A stretch of DNA of 64,000 bases from Clostridiales bacterium (GCA_038562165.1 JBCFAO010000010.1:18643-82642); one strand, 5' to 3'; positions 27,292 to 35,701 are shown, counted from the stretch's first letter. Notes: generated from the letters alone by a model not told the origin. Numbers and translations: made by a program.

Positions 27292-27335
27292 AGGGGCTCA
27301 TCCCCAGGGCCTTTCAGGGCCCTGGGGAAGCCCCT
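27292..27335 (+). other. GC-rich stem-loop between the dockerin and SLH genes
   Basis: AGGGGCT-CAT-CCCCAGGGCC-TTTCAG-GGCCCTGGGG-A-AGCCCCT gives 10+7 bp of perfect pairing. There is no T-run. Confidence 0.7.
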
Positions 27336-27360
27336 TCTATATGGATAAAGGAGGAGGCTT

Positions 27361-28494
27361 ATGACAGCATATTTGAAATCAAGAAGCCTTCCGCTGCTCT
27401 GCTGCTTAGTCGGGCTCCTGCTGATCTGGCATCCTCCGGCCTTGCAGGCGGAAGCAGTTCAAAGCTCCCCCAGCGAAATCCTTCTGTCTCCCGGCGAAAA
27501 GGAATGCAGTATTACCGTGATCGTAACCCTTAAGGAAGCTTGCGCCGGCATTGAGTTTTCTTTAGATATCGGTACAAAAGAGCATCTGCAGTTCAGCCGT
27601 CTTGAGTTGAGCAACTCCTTAAAAAAGCAAGGGGCCATACCCACTCCCGGGGGCATACTGCCTACGGGCTTCTTTGCAGGCAGCAACCGTTTCAGTGAGA
27701 GGGTTGAGGTAGGCAAGCTTTACTTTACCTTCACAGGCAACGACCCCTTGCCGATTGCGCTGACACAGATGAAGGTTTTCCGCATAGCCGGCCAGGATCA
27801 AGTTGGCAGCACCAGCCAAACTACCGGGCTTTTTGAAACCGCCGTAAAGCGGCGCAGCGGCGGCGGCAATGGCGGCGGCGATAATATTATCGTTGAAATT
27901 ATAGAGGCGCCGGGAGTTCCCCTGGCCCAAAGGAAAAGCTCCAAATATTTTGACGACGTAAAGGGCAGTTTTTCCTGGGCAGTGGATGTGATAGACGGCC
28001 TCTATGAAAAAGGCGTGGTTAAAGGTATCGGCCAGCGTTTATACGGTCCCGCCGCCAATATTACCCGCTGTGATTTTATCGCTATGCTGGTGCGGGCCTT
28101 TGACCTGAAGGCTTCCTTTACGGACAACTTCAGCGATGTGCCGCCGGACAGCTATTATTATGAAGCTGTGGGCATTGCCAAAGCCCTGGGTATTGCCATA
28201 GGTGACAACAATAAATTCCAGCCCCGTCAACCCATCAGCCGCCAGGACACGATGGCGCTGCTGCAGCGGATCTTTGCCTATAAAAATAAAAGTTTGCCCC
28301 CAGGCACGGACAACGATCTGCTGGGCTTCACCGACCAAAGGGCCATCAGCCCTTACGCCCGCTCTGCCGTCGCCACTCTGGTCAAGGCCAAACTCATTGT
28401 AGGCAATGACGGAAAAATCAATCCACCGGGCTGCACCACCCGGGCGGAAATGGCGGCGGTGCTCTATCGGGCCCTGGAGTATCTGGAGCAATAA
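27361..28494 (+). CDS. Cell-surface anchor: cohesin-like domain + Gly-rich linker + three SLH domains
   Basis: Signal peptide present. LSPGEKECSITVIVTLKEACAGIEFSLDIG..LQFSRLE is cohesin-like. The three SLH repeats begin FDDVKGSFSWAVDVID, FSDVPPDSYYYEAVG and FTDQRAISPYARSAV. Confidence 0.7.
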   Translation: MTAYLKSRSLPLLCCLVGLLLIWHPPALQAEAVQSSPSEILLSPGEKECSITVIVTLKEACAGIEFSLDIGTKEHLQFSRLELSNSLKKQGAIPTPGGILPTGFFAGSNRFSERVEVGKLYFTFTGNDPLPIALTQMKVFRIAGQDQVGSTSQTTGLFETAVKRRSGGGNGGGDNIIVEIIEAPGVPLAQRKSSKYFDDVKGSFSWAVDVIDGLYEKGVVKGIGQRLYGPAANITRCDFIAMLVRAFDLKASFTDNFSDVPPDSYYYEAVGIAKALGIAIGDNNKFQPRQPISRQDTMALLQRIFAYKNKSLPPGTDNDLLGFTDQRAISPYARSAVATLVKAKLIVGNDGKINPPGCTTRAEMAAVLYRALEYLEQ

Positions 28495-28515
28495 ACTTCA
28501 CTCATTGTTTCACAC

Positions 28516-28572
28516 CGAAGGCTAAGCTTGATTTGGCTGCCGGCAAAGGGGCAGAAATCGGCTTAGCCTTCG
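28516..28572 (+). terminator. Long stem-loop after the SLH gene (possible terminator)
   Basis: CGAAGGCTAAGC / GCTTAGCCTTCG form a 12-bp stem enclosing an inner CTGCC..GGCAG hairpin. Only a weak T tract follows. Confidence 0.35.
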
Positions 28573-28578
28573 CTTGCA

Positions 28579-28623
28579 GCATTTTGCCCCAGGGCATTTT
28601 ACCCCACGGCATTTTGCCGCAAA
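28579..28623 (+). repeat. Three direct repeats GCATTTTRCC(C/G)C on an exact 15-bp period
   Basis: Units start at 28579, 28594 and 28609. The last ends ~10 bp upstream of the -35 hexamer of the next promoter. Confidence 0.85.
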
Positions 28624-28632
28624 CCTAAAGCA

Positions 28633-28661
28633 TTGACAGAACCGGGCCGCCTCTATAGAAT
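28633..28661 (+). promoter_or_regulatory. Sigma-A-type promoter candidate for the AIM24-family gene
   Basis: TTGACA (28633-28638), 17-nt spacer, TAGAAT (28656-28661). Confidence 0.5.
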
Positions 28662-28702
28662 GGAAGAATACAGAAAAATCATGCTGATGTTAGGAGAACA
28701 TT

Positions 28703-29386
28703 ATGAAATATTCAATCCAAGGCGAACCCTTTCCCGTAGTCATCTGTGAATTGGAAAACCGGGAAACCATGATCACAGAACGGGGCTCCATGTGCTGGAT
28801 GACGCCCAATATGAAAATGGAAACCACCTCCGGCGGCGGCTTAGGCAAAATGTTTGGCCGTATGGTTTCCGGTGAGGCTATGTTTCAAAACCGCTATACC
28901 GCTGAAGGCGGCCCCGGACTTATTGCCTTTGCCTCCAGCTTCCCTGGCACCATTCGCCAATACGACATCACCCCCTCAAAAGGTATCGTCGTTCAAAAAT
29001 CCGCCTTTTTAGCTGCGGAGACCGGTGTGGAGCTTTCCCTCTTTTTTCAGAAGCGTTTAGGAACCGCCTTTTTTGGCGGTGAGGGCTACATTATGCAGCG
29101 CTTATCCGGCAACGGCACCGCCTTTGTGGAAATCGACGGCCACGCCGTCGAATACCGTCTGGAACAAGGACAATCCATGATTATTGATACCGGTTACCTG
29201 GCGGTTATGGACGAAACCTGCAGCATAGATATTGTCACTGTTCCCGGTATGAAAAATAAGCTCTTCGGCGGCGAGGGTATTTTTAATACGGTGGTAACCG
29301 GGCCCGGCAATATTCTGCTCCAAACCCAGACCATCAGCGCCGTGGCCGGTGCTTTACGGCCTTTTCTTCCCAGCGGCGGCAATTAA
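28703..29386 (+). CDS. TIGR00266 / AIM24 family protein
   Basis: 227 aa: MKYSIQGEPFPVVICELENRETMITERGSMCWM..GEAMFQNRYTA.. Confidence 0.75.
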   Translation: MKYSIQGEPFPVVICELENRETMITERGSMCWMTPNMKMETTSGGGLGKMFGRMVSGEAMFQNRYTAEGGPGLIAFASSFPGTIRQYDITPSKGIVVQKSAFLAAETGVELSLFFQKRLGTAFFGGEGYIMQRLSGNGTAFVEIDGHAVEYRLEQGQSMIIDTGYLAVMDETCSIDIVTVPGMKNKLFGGEGIFNTVVTGPGNILLQTQTISAVAGALRPFLPSGGN

Positions 29387-29441
29387 ATTAAGCAATCAAC
29401 AAACACCATTAACAAACACCATTAAACTAAATAATTCATAA

Positions 29442-29470
29442 TTGACAAACCCTGAATCTCATTATATAAT
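29442..29470 (+). promoter_or_regulatory. Consensus sigma-A promoter for tRNA-Glu
   Basis: TTGACA (29442-29447), 17-nt spacer, TATAAT (29465-29470). Confidence 0.65.
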
Positions 29471-29502
29471 AACTACTGCTGAACGCACGAATCAGCCATA
29501 AC

Positions 29503-29577
29503 GGCCCGTTGGTCAAGCGGTTAAGACATCGCCCTCTCACGGCGAAAACAGGGGTTCGATTCCCCTACGGGTCACCA
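29503..29577 (+). tRNA. tRNA-Glu (anticodon CTC), CCA encoded
   Basis: GGCCCGT acceptor pairs with ACGGGTC. Anticodon stem TCGCC/GGCGA with loop CTCTCAC. T-arm AGGGG TTCGATT CCCCT. Closely resembles Bacillus-type tRNA-Glu. Confidence 0.9.
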
Positions 29578-29587
29578 TAACAAATCC

Positions 29588-29617
29588 AGCGCCAGATTAG
29601 ATTCTGGCGCTTTTTTT
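29588..29617 (+). terminator. Intrinsic terminator of tRNA-Glu
   Basis: AGCGCCAGA - TTAGAT - TCTGGCGCT followed by a T-run. Confidence 0.75.
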
Positions 29618-29693
29618 GTCCGGGTACGTAGAATAGGTTCATATCCAAATCCAACGTGGGAAGGGGAAGCCCGGCACTGTCCCCCCCCCCTTT

Positions 29694-29854
29694 TGTGCAA
29701 AATTGCAAGTTTGTACTCTGGCGGAAGCCCCTTTTGTGCAAAATTGCAGGTTTGTAAAACATATTTTGGCATTGAAATAAGGTTTTCATCCCCTTTTCAG
29801 CCAAATCTGTTACAAAGCAGTGATTTGAGGGTGACAAACCTGCAATTTTGCACA
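29694..29854. repeat. Second copy of the composite 22-bp-motif element (2 forward + 1 reverse copies)
   Basis: Forward copies at 29694-29716 and 29735-29757 (41-bp period); reverse copy at 29833-29854. The core shares TCACTGCTTT and GGCTGAAAA with locus 14942-15183 in the opposite orientation. Confidence 0.9.
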
Positions 29855-29924
29855 TTATCCAAGCAAACGGTCGAGCAATAAGCCTCGGCCCAGACCGACT
29901 CCGTCTTCATTTGCCGCCGCCGGC

Positions 29925-31232
29925 TCAACTTCCTGCCGGCCGAAAAGCCATTCCTGGATAGTGTAATTTCCCGGCTGACTGGCTTGACAGCCCAAAGTGC
30001 GCATCTGCTTCCTCAGGCCCTGGCATTTCGCTGTCTTTAAATAAAACCATCACACGGTCAATATCCCCTGTGATTTGACTGTCGATTTCACCATGACTGG
30101 CCATCCACCCCATAATCCTTATTGTTTCCTCATGGCTCCTGCCCCGGTGATAAGGTCGGGTTTCCCGCAAAGCCTGGTAAATATCGATGCAGGCAATCAG
30201 CCTGCTGGTAAAATCCATATCTAAATAGCACTGGGGCAACTGGGGATAACCCTTGCCATTTAATTTGCGGTGATGGGTAACGGCCCAACGGCAAATTTCC
30301 TCAAAACCTTCTATATCTTTAAGCATGGCATAGCTCCAAAAGGCATGCTTTTGAATTATGGCGAACTCCTGCTCCGTCAGCTTTCCGGGCTTTTCGAGTA
30401 CTGCCGCAGGAATAAGCAGTTTGCCGATATCATGAAAGGAAGCGGCCAAATAAATTTTAGCGCACTGCTCCCGGGGAAAGCCATAATAAAGGCCCATCCA
30501 ATAGGCCCGGTAAGCAATCTGCAGAGAGTGTCTGGCGGTGTATTGAGATTTATAGTCGGTAATGCTGGCAACCACCTTGGCAATGTTCATTAAGTCTACG
30601 GCAGGCATGTCTACTACCCACTTGGGCATCTTTTGTCCAAAGGTAATATCCACCTGCTCATCCCGCAAAGAAAACAACAAATCCTCATCAAGAACGGCCA
30701 GCAAAGCATCGGCGGCAAGGCAGGTATAGTAGCCTCCTCTTTTGCTGCTGATGAAGCCGCGCAAATCAGGAAGGAACGCCGGAGATAATCGCTGCAAATG
30801 ATAGCGGGCATCCACATCATCGGCAGCAGCAATAATCTGAGCTCCTAATGGGGTTTTTGCCGCATCCATTTTGAAAGGGCCTGATTTATCCATATATTCG
30901 TGATGATATTTAACAAATCCCCTGACGTCTGACGGAAAAGGAAAATACAGAACATTCTCTTCCCCTATTAAACAATGGGCTCCGTGATCCATAGCATGGG
31001 CGCCTTCCGGCCTTTCGGAAAGAATATATTCCGTAAGAGCATTATCGTGCATCAGAGCACAGCCTGCCACGCCAATAAGGTCATCGTCATTCCACCCCAA
31101 ATGTCTGCCCATCATAATCGCTAAAATAGAAATTCGTTTGCCATGATTGGTGGTGGCTCCTAAAAGCTCCCCCTCTACGGCGTCTAAACCCATAGAAAGG
31201 CTTGATAACAATTGGTCCATCCGAAAAATCAT
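29925..31232 (-). CDS. HD-GYP domain protein (tandem HD-type domains; putative c-di-GMP phosphodiesterase)
   Basis: The C-terminal domain has FHDIGK and HHRKLNGKGYP. The N-terminal domain is degenerate (MHDNAL..YHHEYMDKSGP). Confidence 0.7.
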   Translation of the reverse strand: MIFRMDQLLSSLSMGLDAVEGELLGATTNHGKRISILAIMMGRHLGWNDDDLIGVAGCALMHDNALTEYILSERPEGAHAMDHGAHCLIGEENVLYFPFPSDVRGFVKYHHEYMDKSGPFKMDAAKTPLGAQIIAAADDVDARYHLQRLSPAFLPDLRGFISSKRGGYYTCLAADALLAVLDEDLLFSLRDEQVDITFGQKMPKWVVDMPAVDLMNIAKVVASITDYKSQYTARHSLQIAYRAYWMGLYYGFPREQCAKIYLAASFHDIGKLLIPAAVLEKPGKLTEQEFAIIQKHAFWSYAMLKDIEGFEEICRWAVTHHRKLNGKGYPQLPQCYLDMDFTSRLIACIDIYQALRETRPYHRGRSHEETIRIMGWMASHGEIDSQITGDIDRVMVLFKDSEMPGPEEADAHFGLSSQSAGKLHYPGMAFRPAGS

Positions 31233-31451
31233 ACCGGCTACCCTTCATTCTTCTCTATATATTCTCTAATTGCCTGTTCTTACTGCCTATTTCTTTGAAG
31301 ATATTATCACAATACTTTTGCATATGCAAATATTTTTATATACGAAAACAATATAAGAGCACTCAATTTCTACGGCAAATCCCGGAATAAAATGGTATAC
31401 TGTTATTACACTTTACCCAGATACTCAAAGACATTTTAAGAAGGTACTCCC

Positions 31452-32351
31452 ATGTGGATAATCTATTCTCTGGCTTCCGCCCTTTTTGCCGGCGTCATGT
31501 CGATTTTAGCCAAGGTTGGCATCAAAAATACCGACTCTACATTGGCTACAGCTTTGCGTACCATCGTAGTAGTTGTCTTTGCCTGGCTGATGGTCTTTAT
31601 GGCCGGTTCCCAAGCTGCCATTGCAAACCTTGACTCTAAGAGCATAATCTTTCTCATCCTGTCGGGTTTGGCTACCGGCGGCTCCTGGCTTTGTTATTTC
31701 CGGGCATTGCAACTGGGAGACGTCAATAAGGTTGTCCCCATTGACAAATCCAGCACGGTGCTTACCATGCTGCTATCCGCCCTCCTCCTGGGCGAAAAGC
31801 TAACCTGGCTGAAAGCCCTTGCCATGCTGCTGATTGGTGCCGGCACCTATCTTATGCTTGAGCGGAAAGCAGAGATTCAGGGTAATGCAGCAGGATATAA
31901 CCAGGTCACAGACGCCCCCCAACCGAAGCATTATAAATGGCTGGTTTATGCCCTTCTATCGGCTGTATTTGCCAGCCTCACTGCCATTCTGGGGAAAATC
32001 GGAATTGTAGGCGTGGAATCCAATTTGGGCACGGCCATACGGACAGTAGTTGTACTGCTGATGGCCTGGCTGATTGTTTTCTGGCAAGGTAAACAAAGCG
32101 GCATAAAACACATAGACAAACGAAGCTGGATATTTATCGGTTTATCCGGTCTGGCCACAGGGCTTTCCTGGCTCTACTTTTACCGGGCATTACAGGAGGG
32201 ACCGGCCAGTGTGGTAGTGCCCATCGACAAGCTAAGCCTATTGGTGACTGTGTCCTTTGGCTATTTCGTATTGCAGGAAAAGCTGAGTAAACAAGGGCTC
32301 CTTGGCTTGGCAATAATCGTTACCGGCACCCTATGCCTGCTGATTAAATAA
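31452..32351 (+). CDS. EamA/DMT family transporter (two EamA repeats)
   Basis: 299 aa, 10 TM segments. The two halves are visibly similar (ILAKVGIKNTDSTLATALRTIVVV / ILGKIGIVGVESNLGTAIRTVVVL). Confidence 0.8.
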   Translation: MWIIYSLASALFAGVMSILAKVGIKNTDSTLATALRTIVVVVFAWLMVFMAGSQAAIANLDSKSIIFLILSGLATGGSWLCYFRALQLGDVNKVVPIDKSSTVLTMLLSALLLGEKLTWLKALAMLLIGAGTYLMLERKAEIQGNAAGYNQVTDAPQPKHYKWLVYALLSAVFASLTAILGKIGIVGVESNLGTAIRTVVVLLMAWLIVFWQGKQSGIKHIDKRSWIFIGLSGLATGLSWLYFYRALQEGPASVVVPIDKLSLLVTVSFGYFVLQEKLSKQGLLGLAIIVTGTLCLLIK

Positions 32352-32367
32352 TACAAATTAAACAATA

Positions 32368-32427
32368 CAAAAAAGCACCGCCTCTGGTTTGAAGTTTAAC
32401 TTCTTACAATTGGACGGTGCTTTCTAT
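32368..32427. terminator. Possible bidirectional terminator between convergent eamA-like and tyrS
   Basis: AAGCACCG / CGGTGCTT stem flanked by an A-run and a T-run, but the loop is long (34 nt) and contains a GAAGTT-T-AACTTC hairpin. Confidence 0.35.
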
Positions 32428-32455
32428 TTGCTGTTGTTATTTTGCTATTGCAGCC

Positions 32456-33628
32456 TTATTGGAAAATCGCCTTGGCAAAGTTGGATTTACCCCGCTTTAA
32501 CAGCTTCTCCCCTTCGCCTGCTATTTCCAGCAGCGGATCCTTGCAAACTACGCCGTCAAGGGCTATGCCTCCCTGGCTGATCAGGCGGCGGGCTTCGCTG
32601 CTGCTGGCGGCCAGGCCGGTAAGGGTCACCAACTTCCACAAAGGATAGGTTTCTTGCGCCAGCTTATACTCCGGCATGCTTTCGGGTGCTGCGCCGGCCG
32701 CCACTGTCATATAACGCTTTTTGGCTTCCGCCGCTTCATCCCCGCTATAATACATGGTCACGATAGTCTCAGCGTAAAGGAAATGGGCTTCCCGGATATC
32801 TTTTTCCAACAAAGCGGTGACCTGATCAAAATCCAGATCCGTAGTCAGCCGGAAATAATCGGCCAAAAGGTTATCCGGTACCTTCATGCATTTTTCAAAA
32901 ATAACTTCCGGCGGCTCGCTGATGCCAATATAGTTGTCCAGGGATTTTGACATTTTCTCCACGCCGTCAAGGCCCGGTAAAAGCGGGAAGGTAATTACCT
33001 CCTGAGCCGGCAAATCATAATCCCGCATCAACTCCCGGCCTACCAGAAGGTTGAAGGTCTGATCCGTCCCTCCTACCTCCACATCGCAGGCCAAAGCTAC
33101 AGAATCATAGCCCTGCATCAAAGGATACAGCAGCTCATGCATGCCGATGGGCCGGTTTTCCTGGAGCCTTTTGGTGAAATCGTCCCTTTCCAAAATCCTG
33201 GCCACAGTATATTTGCCGCAAAGCCGTAAGACGTCGGCAAAATTCATTTCCGACAGCCATTCGGAATTATAACAGATTTTTGTTTTTTCCCGGTCGAGAA
33301 TCTTTGTGACCTGTTCTAGATAAGACTGGCCGTTTTGCCGGGTTTCCTCAAAGGTCAGAGGCGGCCTGGTTTTTGTTTTGCCTGAAGGATCGCCTACCAT
33401 ACCGGTAAAGTCCCCGATAATAAAGATGATCTCATGACCCAGATCCTGCAAAAGCTTTAACTTCCTTAGTACCACGGAATGGCCCAAATGCAGGTCCGGC
33501 CGGCTTGGGTCTGCCCCCAGCTTAATCTTCATGGGTTTGCCGGAGAAAAGCTTCTCTTTAAAACCCTCCTCGGAATATATGCCGGTACTGTCCCTTTTCA
33601 GGATTTCCCATACTTGTTCTGCGTTCAT
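32456..33628 (-). CDS. tyrS: Tyrosine--tRNA ligase
   Basis: HLGH and KMSKS motifs, plus a C-terminal S4-like SSSEARRLISQGGIALDG. I prefer the ATG at 33626-33628 (GGAGGTAAGG immediately upstream) over the track TTG at 33640. Confidence 0.9.
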   Translation of the reverse strand: MNAEQVWEILKRDSTGIYSEEGFKEKLFSGKPMKIKLGADPSRPDLHLGHSVVLRKLKLLQDLGHEIIFIIGDFTGMVGDPSGKTKTRPPLTFEETRQNGQSYLEQVTKILDREKTKICYNSEWLSEMNFADVLRLCGKYTVARILERDDFTKRLQENRPIGMHELLYPLMQGYDSVALACDVEVGGTDQTFNLLVGRELMRDYDLPAQEVITFPLLPGLDGVEKMSKSLDNYIGISEPPEVIFEKCMKVPDNLLADYFRLTTDLDFDQVTALLEKDIREAHFLYAETIVTMYYSGDEAAEAKKRYMTVAAGAAPESMPEYKLAQETYPLWKLVTLTGLAASSSEARRLISQGGIALDGVVCKDPLLEIAGEGEKLLKRGKSNFAKAIFQ

Positions 33629-33715
33629 CCTTACCTCCAATTAACCGCTTGCGCAGAAAAGCAGCTGCTTATCCACTGCATAAATGCGTTTACGGATTCA
33701 ATCTCAATGAATGTC

Positions 33716-33745
33716 ATTTTAGCAGTGACGGCAGCCCGTTGTCAA
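33716..33745 (-). promoter_or_regulatory. Sigma-A-type promoter candidate for tyrS
   Basis: Minus strand: TTGACA (33740-33745), 18-nt spacer, TAAAAT (33716-33721). Confidence 0.5.
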
Positions 33746-33783
33746 GCAAAGCCCCATAAGATATAAGGAATAATGGGGTTTTA

Positions 33784-35508
33784 TTAATAAACAAGCTTCT
33801 TTCTGTCAGACGGATCCTTCCTGGCATCCACTTCCCATTGCTGCACCGGCGGCACAAAAGCATCCGGCGGCTCAATAACAAAGTTCAGCAGCACCGGTTC
33901 CTGCAAGGACAGAGCCCACTGAACGGCGCTTTCCACATCCTCATTTTTTGTCACATTCTTCGCTTTTATACCAAAGCCTTGAGACACCATGACGGTATCA
34001 ATAGGGCAAAAGTCCACACCGAAATACTGCTGGTCATAATACAGATGCTGAATGGTCTTGATCCAGCCATAGCTGTTGTTTTGGAAATTGACAAATACGA
34101 TAGGCAAATTCAAGCGCTTTGCTGTCTCCAGCTCTCCCATAGTCATGGCAAAACTGGCATCCCCAAAGAAACTGACTACCCGGGACTGAGGCCTGGCCAC
34201 CTGGGCGCCGATGGCTGCTCCCATGGCATAGCCTAAAGCGCCGTGAGCCCGGGGAATCACCGTATGCTTACCGGTCTGCTTCATTTTGATATAGGAAGCG
34301 ATATAAGGTGTGGGTGTGCCGGCATCACCGGTGAATATAGCCTGGCCATCCGTAAACTTCTCAACAGCTCCGAAAACTTTGGCGGCGACTACGTAATCCG
34401 AAGTCTTATCATAATCTGCCCCGATGCGGTCCATTTTTTCCTGCCTTTTGGCGGCCCAAATCTCTTGCCAGGCTGCCGCAGCCTCTTTGTCAATGCCGCA
34501 GTCCCTCTTGTTTAGCTTGACTAAAAGATGGCGGATATCGCACATAATGCCATGACTGATGGGCGCAATGTTGCCCAAAGTCTGCTCGTTGATGTCCACC
34601 TGCAGAATCTTGACACCGGGAGCAAAAATCGATTTGCCTACCGTGGTCACGTTATCCAGCTTGCAGCCTAAAACGAAGATGAAGTCAGCCTGGCTGATCA
34701 CTTCATTGGCCTCCAAAGAGCCGCCGTTGGCCCCGATGGTGCCTAAAGCATAATCCTTCGTCTCTGCCACGCTGCCTTTGCCGTCGATGGAGCTGACTAC
34801 AGGGATGTTGTATTTCTCCACAAGCTGGGTCAGTTCGTCATACGCCTTGGAAAAATGAACGCCGCCGCCGGCCAGCATCACCGGCCGCTTGCTTTGTTTC
34901 ATCAGCTCAATAGCCCGTTCCACATCCTCGTCGGTAGCATCATTTTGAAAATAGCCCAGGCGGCCATGGTCGGGATTACCGTATATCTCCTCGGGTTTCC
35001 CATCGTATTCTCCCCGCAAAAGATTTTCCGGGAAAGACAGCGCCACGGCGCCGGGAGAGCCGGAGGTGCTTACCCGGACGGCTTTACGCATCATCTGGGG
35101 AATTTTTGATAGCAGGCGCAGCTTTGTATTCCATTTGGTCACCGCCGCAAAAAGGGCTTCCTGATGGCAATCCGTTAACGCATAGGTCTCATCGCTGGAC
35201 ATGGTAATATCCGAGGCAATACAGAGCAACGGAATATTCGACAGATCAGCCTCGCTGACACCAGGCACCACATATAAAGCGCCGCCGCCGCTGGGTACTT
35301 CCACTACGCCAATTCGTCCTGTCATCCTGGCATAAGCATCGGCGGCATAAGCCGCATGGCGCTCGTCCCGGCAAAGAATATGGGTAATCTCCTTTTGCCT
35401 CAGCCGCAAAGCATCATGGAAAGCCATAGAAGTATCACCGGGCACACCAAATATATGCTTTACTCCATGTTGAATCAAAAGCTCTACAATTAAATCTGCG
35501 CCTCTCAT
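33784..35508 (-). CDS. Thiamine-diphosphate-dependent enzyme (acetolactate-synthase-like family; substrate unknown)
   Basis: GVPGDTSMAFHDAL N-domain. TPP motif GDASFAMTMGELETAKRLNLPIVFVNFQNNSYG. I prefer the ATG at 35506-35508 (GGAGGTG 4 nt upstream). Confidence 0.75.
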   Translation of the reverse strand: MRGADLIVELLIQHGVKHIFGVPGDTSMAFHDALRLRQKEITHILCRDERHAAYAADAYARMTGRIGVVEVPSGGGALYVVPGVSEADLSNIPLLCIASDITMSSDETYALTDCHQEALFAAVTKWNTKLRLLSKIPQMMRKAVRVSTSGSPGAVALSFPENLLRGEYDGKPEEIYGNPDHGRLGYFQNDATDEDVERAIELMKQSKRPVMLAGGGVHFSKAYDELTQLVEKYNIPVVSSIDGKGSVAETKDYALGTIGANGGSLEANEVISQADFIFVLGCKLDNVTTVGKSIFAPGVKILQVDINEQTLGNIAPISHGIMCDIRHLLVKLNKRDCGIDKEAAAAWQEIWAAKRQEKMDRIGADYDKTSDYVVAAKVFGAVEKFTDGQAIFTGDAGTPTPYIASYIKMKQTGKHTVIPRAHGALGYAMGAAIGAQVARPQSRVVSFFGDASFAMTMGELETAKRLNLPIVFVNFQNNSYGWIKTIQHLYYDQQYFGVDFCPIDTVMVSQGFGIKAKNVTKNEDVESAVQWALSLQEPVLLNFVIEPPDAFVPPVQQWEVDARKDPSDRKKLVY

Positions 35509-35554
35509 TTTGCACCTCCGCATCATTCTTTATGCTGGTTCACCACTATTTAAC

Positions 35555-35601
35555 ATTATAACACCTCAATAGAAAATTTTCGAGTGTAGAAAATTTTCTT
35601 C
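35555..35601 (-). promoter_or_regulatory. Conserved promoter module (copy B): two GAAAATTTTC palindromes overlapping -35, with extended -10 TGTTATAAT
   Basis: Minus strand: AAGAAAATTTTCTACACTCGAAAATTTTCTATTGAGGTGTTATAAT. TATAAT is at 35555-35560. Confidence 0.5.
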
Positions 35602-35701
35602 CCTATGTGTGTCAGGTATACTTTTTTAGAATTATGTCATAAATGGCAACTTAGTGTATAATTGTTGTATTGAGCATTTTTGTGAGGAAGGATGATCTCA
35701 G

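Noticed and set aside
29681-29690. C10 homopolymer as a phase-variation switch.
   Set aside because: It lies in a non-coding region between a tRNA terminator and the 3' end of a convergent gene, not in a promoter spacer or reading frame. It is noted only as a boundary feature of the repeat element.
29565-29881. Small ORFs (29565..29855 -, 29572..29772 -, 29693..29881 +) over the composite repeat.
   Set aside because: One overlaps the tRNA-Glu 3' end and its terminator. The CKIAGL/CAKLQVC peptides simply translate the 22-bp motif, and similar pseudo-ORFs appear at 14822..15263.
33629-33783. A T-box leader might be expected upstream of tyrS.
   Set aside because: The gap is only ~155 nt and contains a plain TTGACA-18-TAAAAT promoter. 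I found no T-box consensus (..GGGTGGTACCGCG..), specifier-loop architecture or terminator/antiterminator pair.
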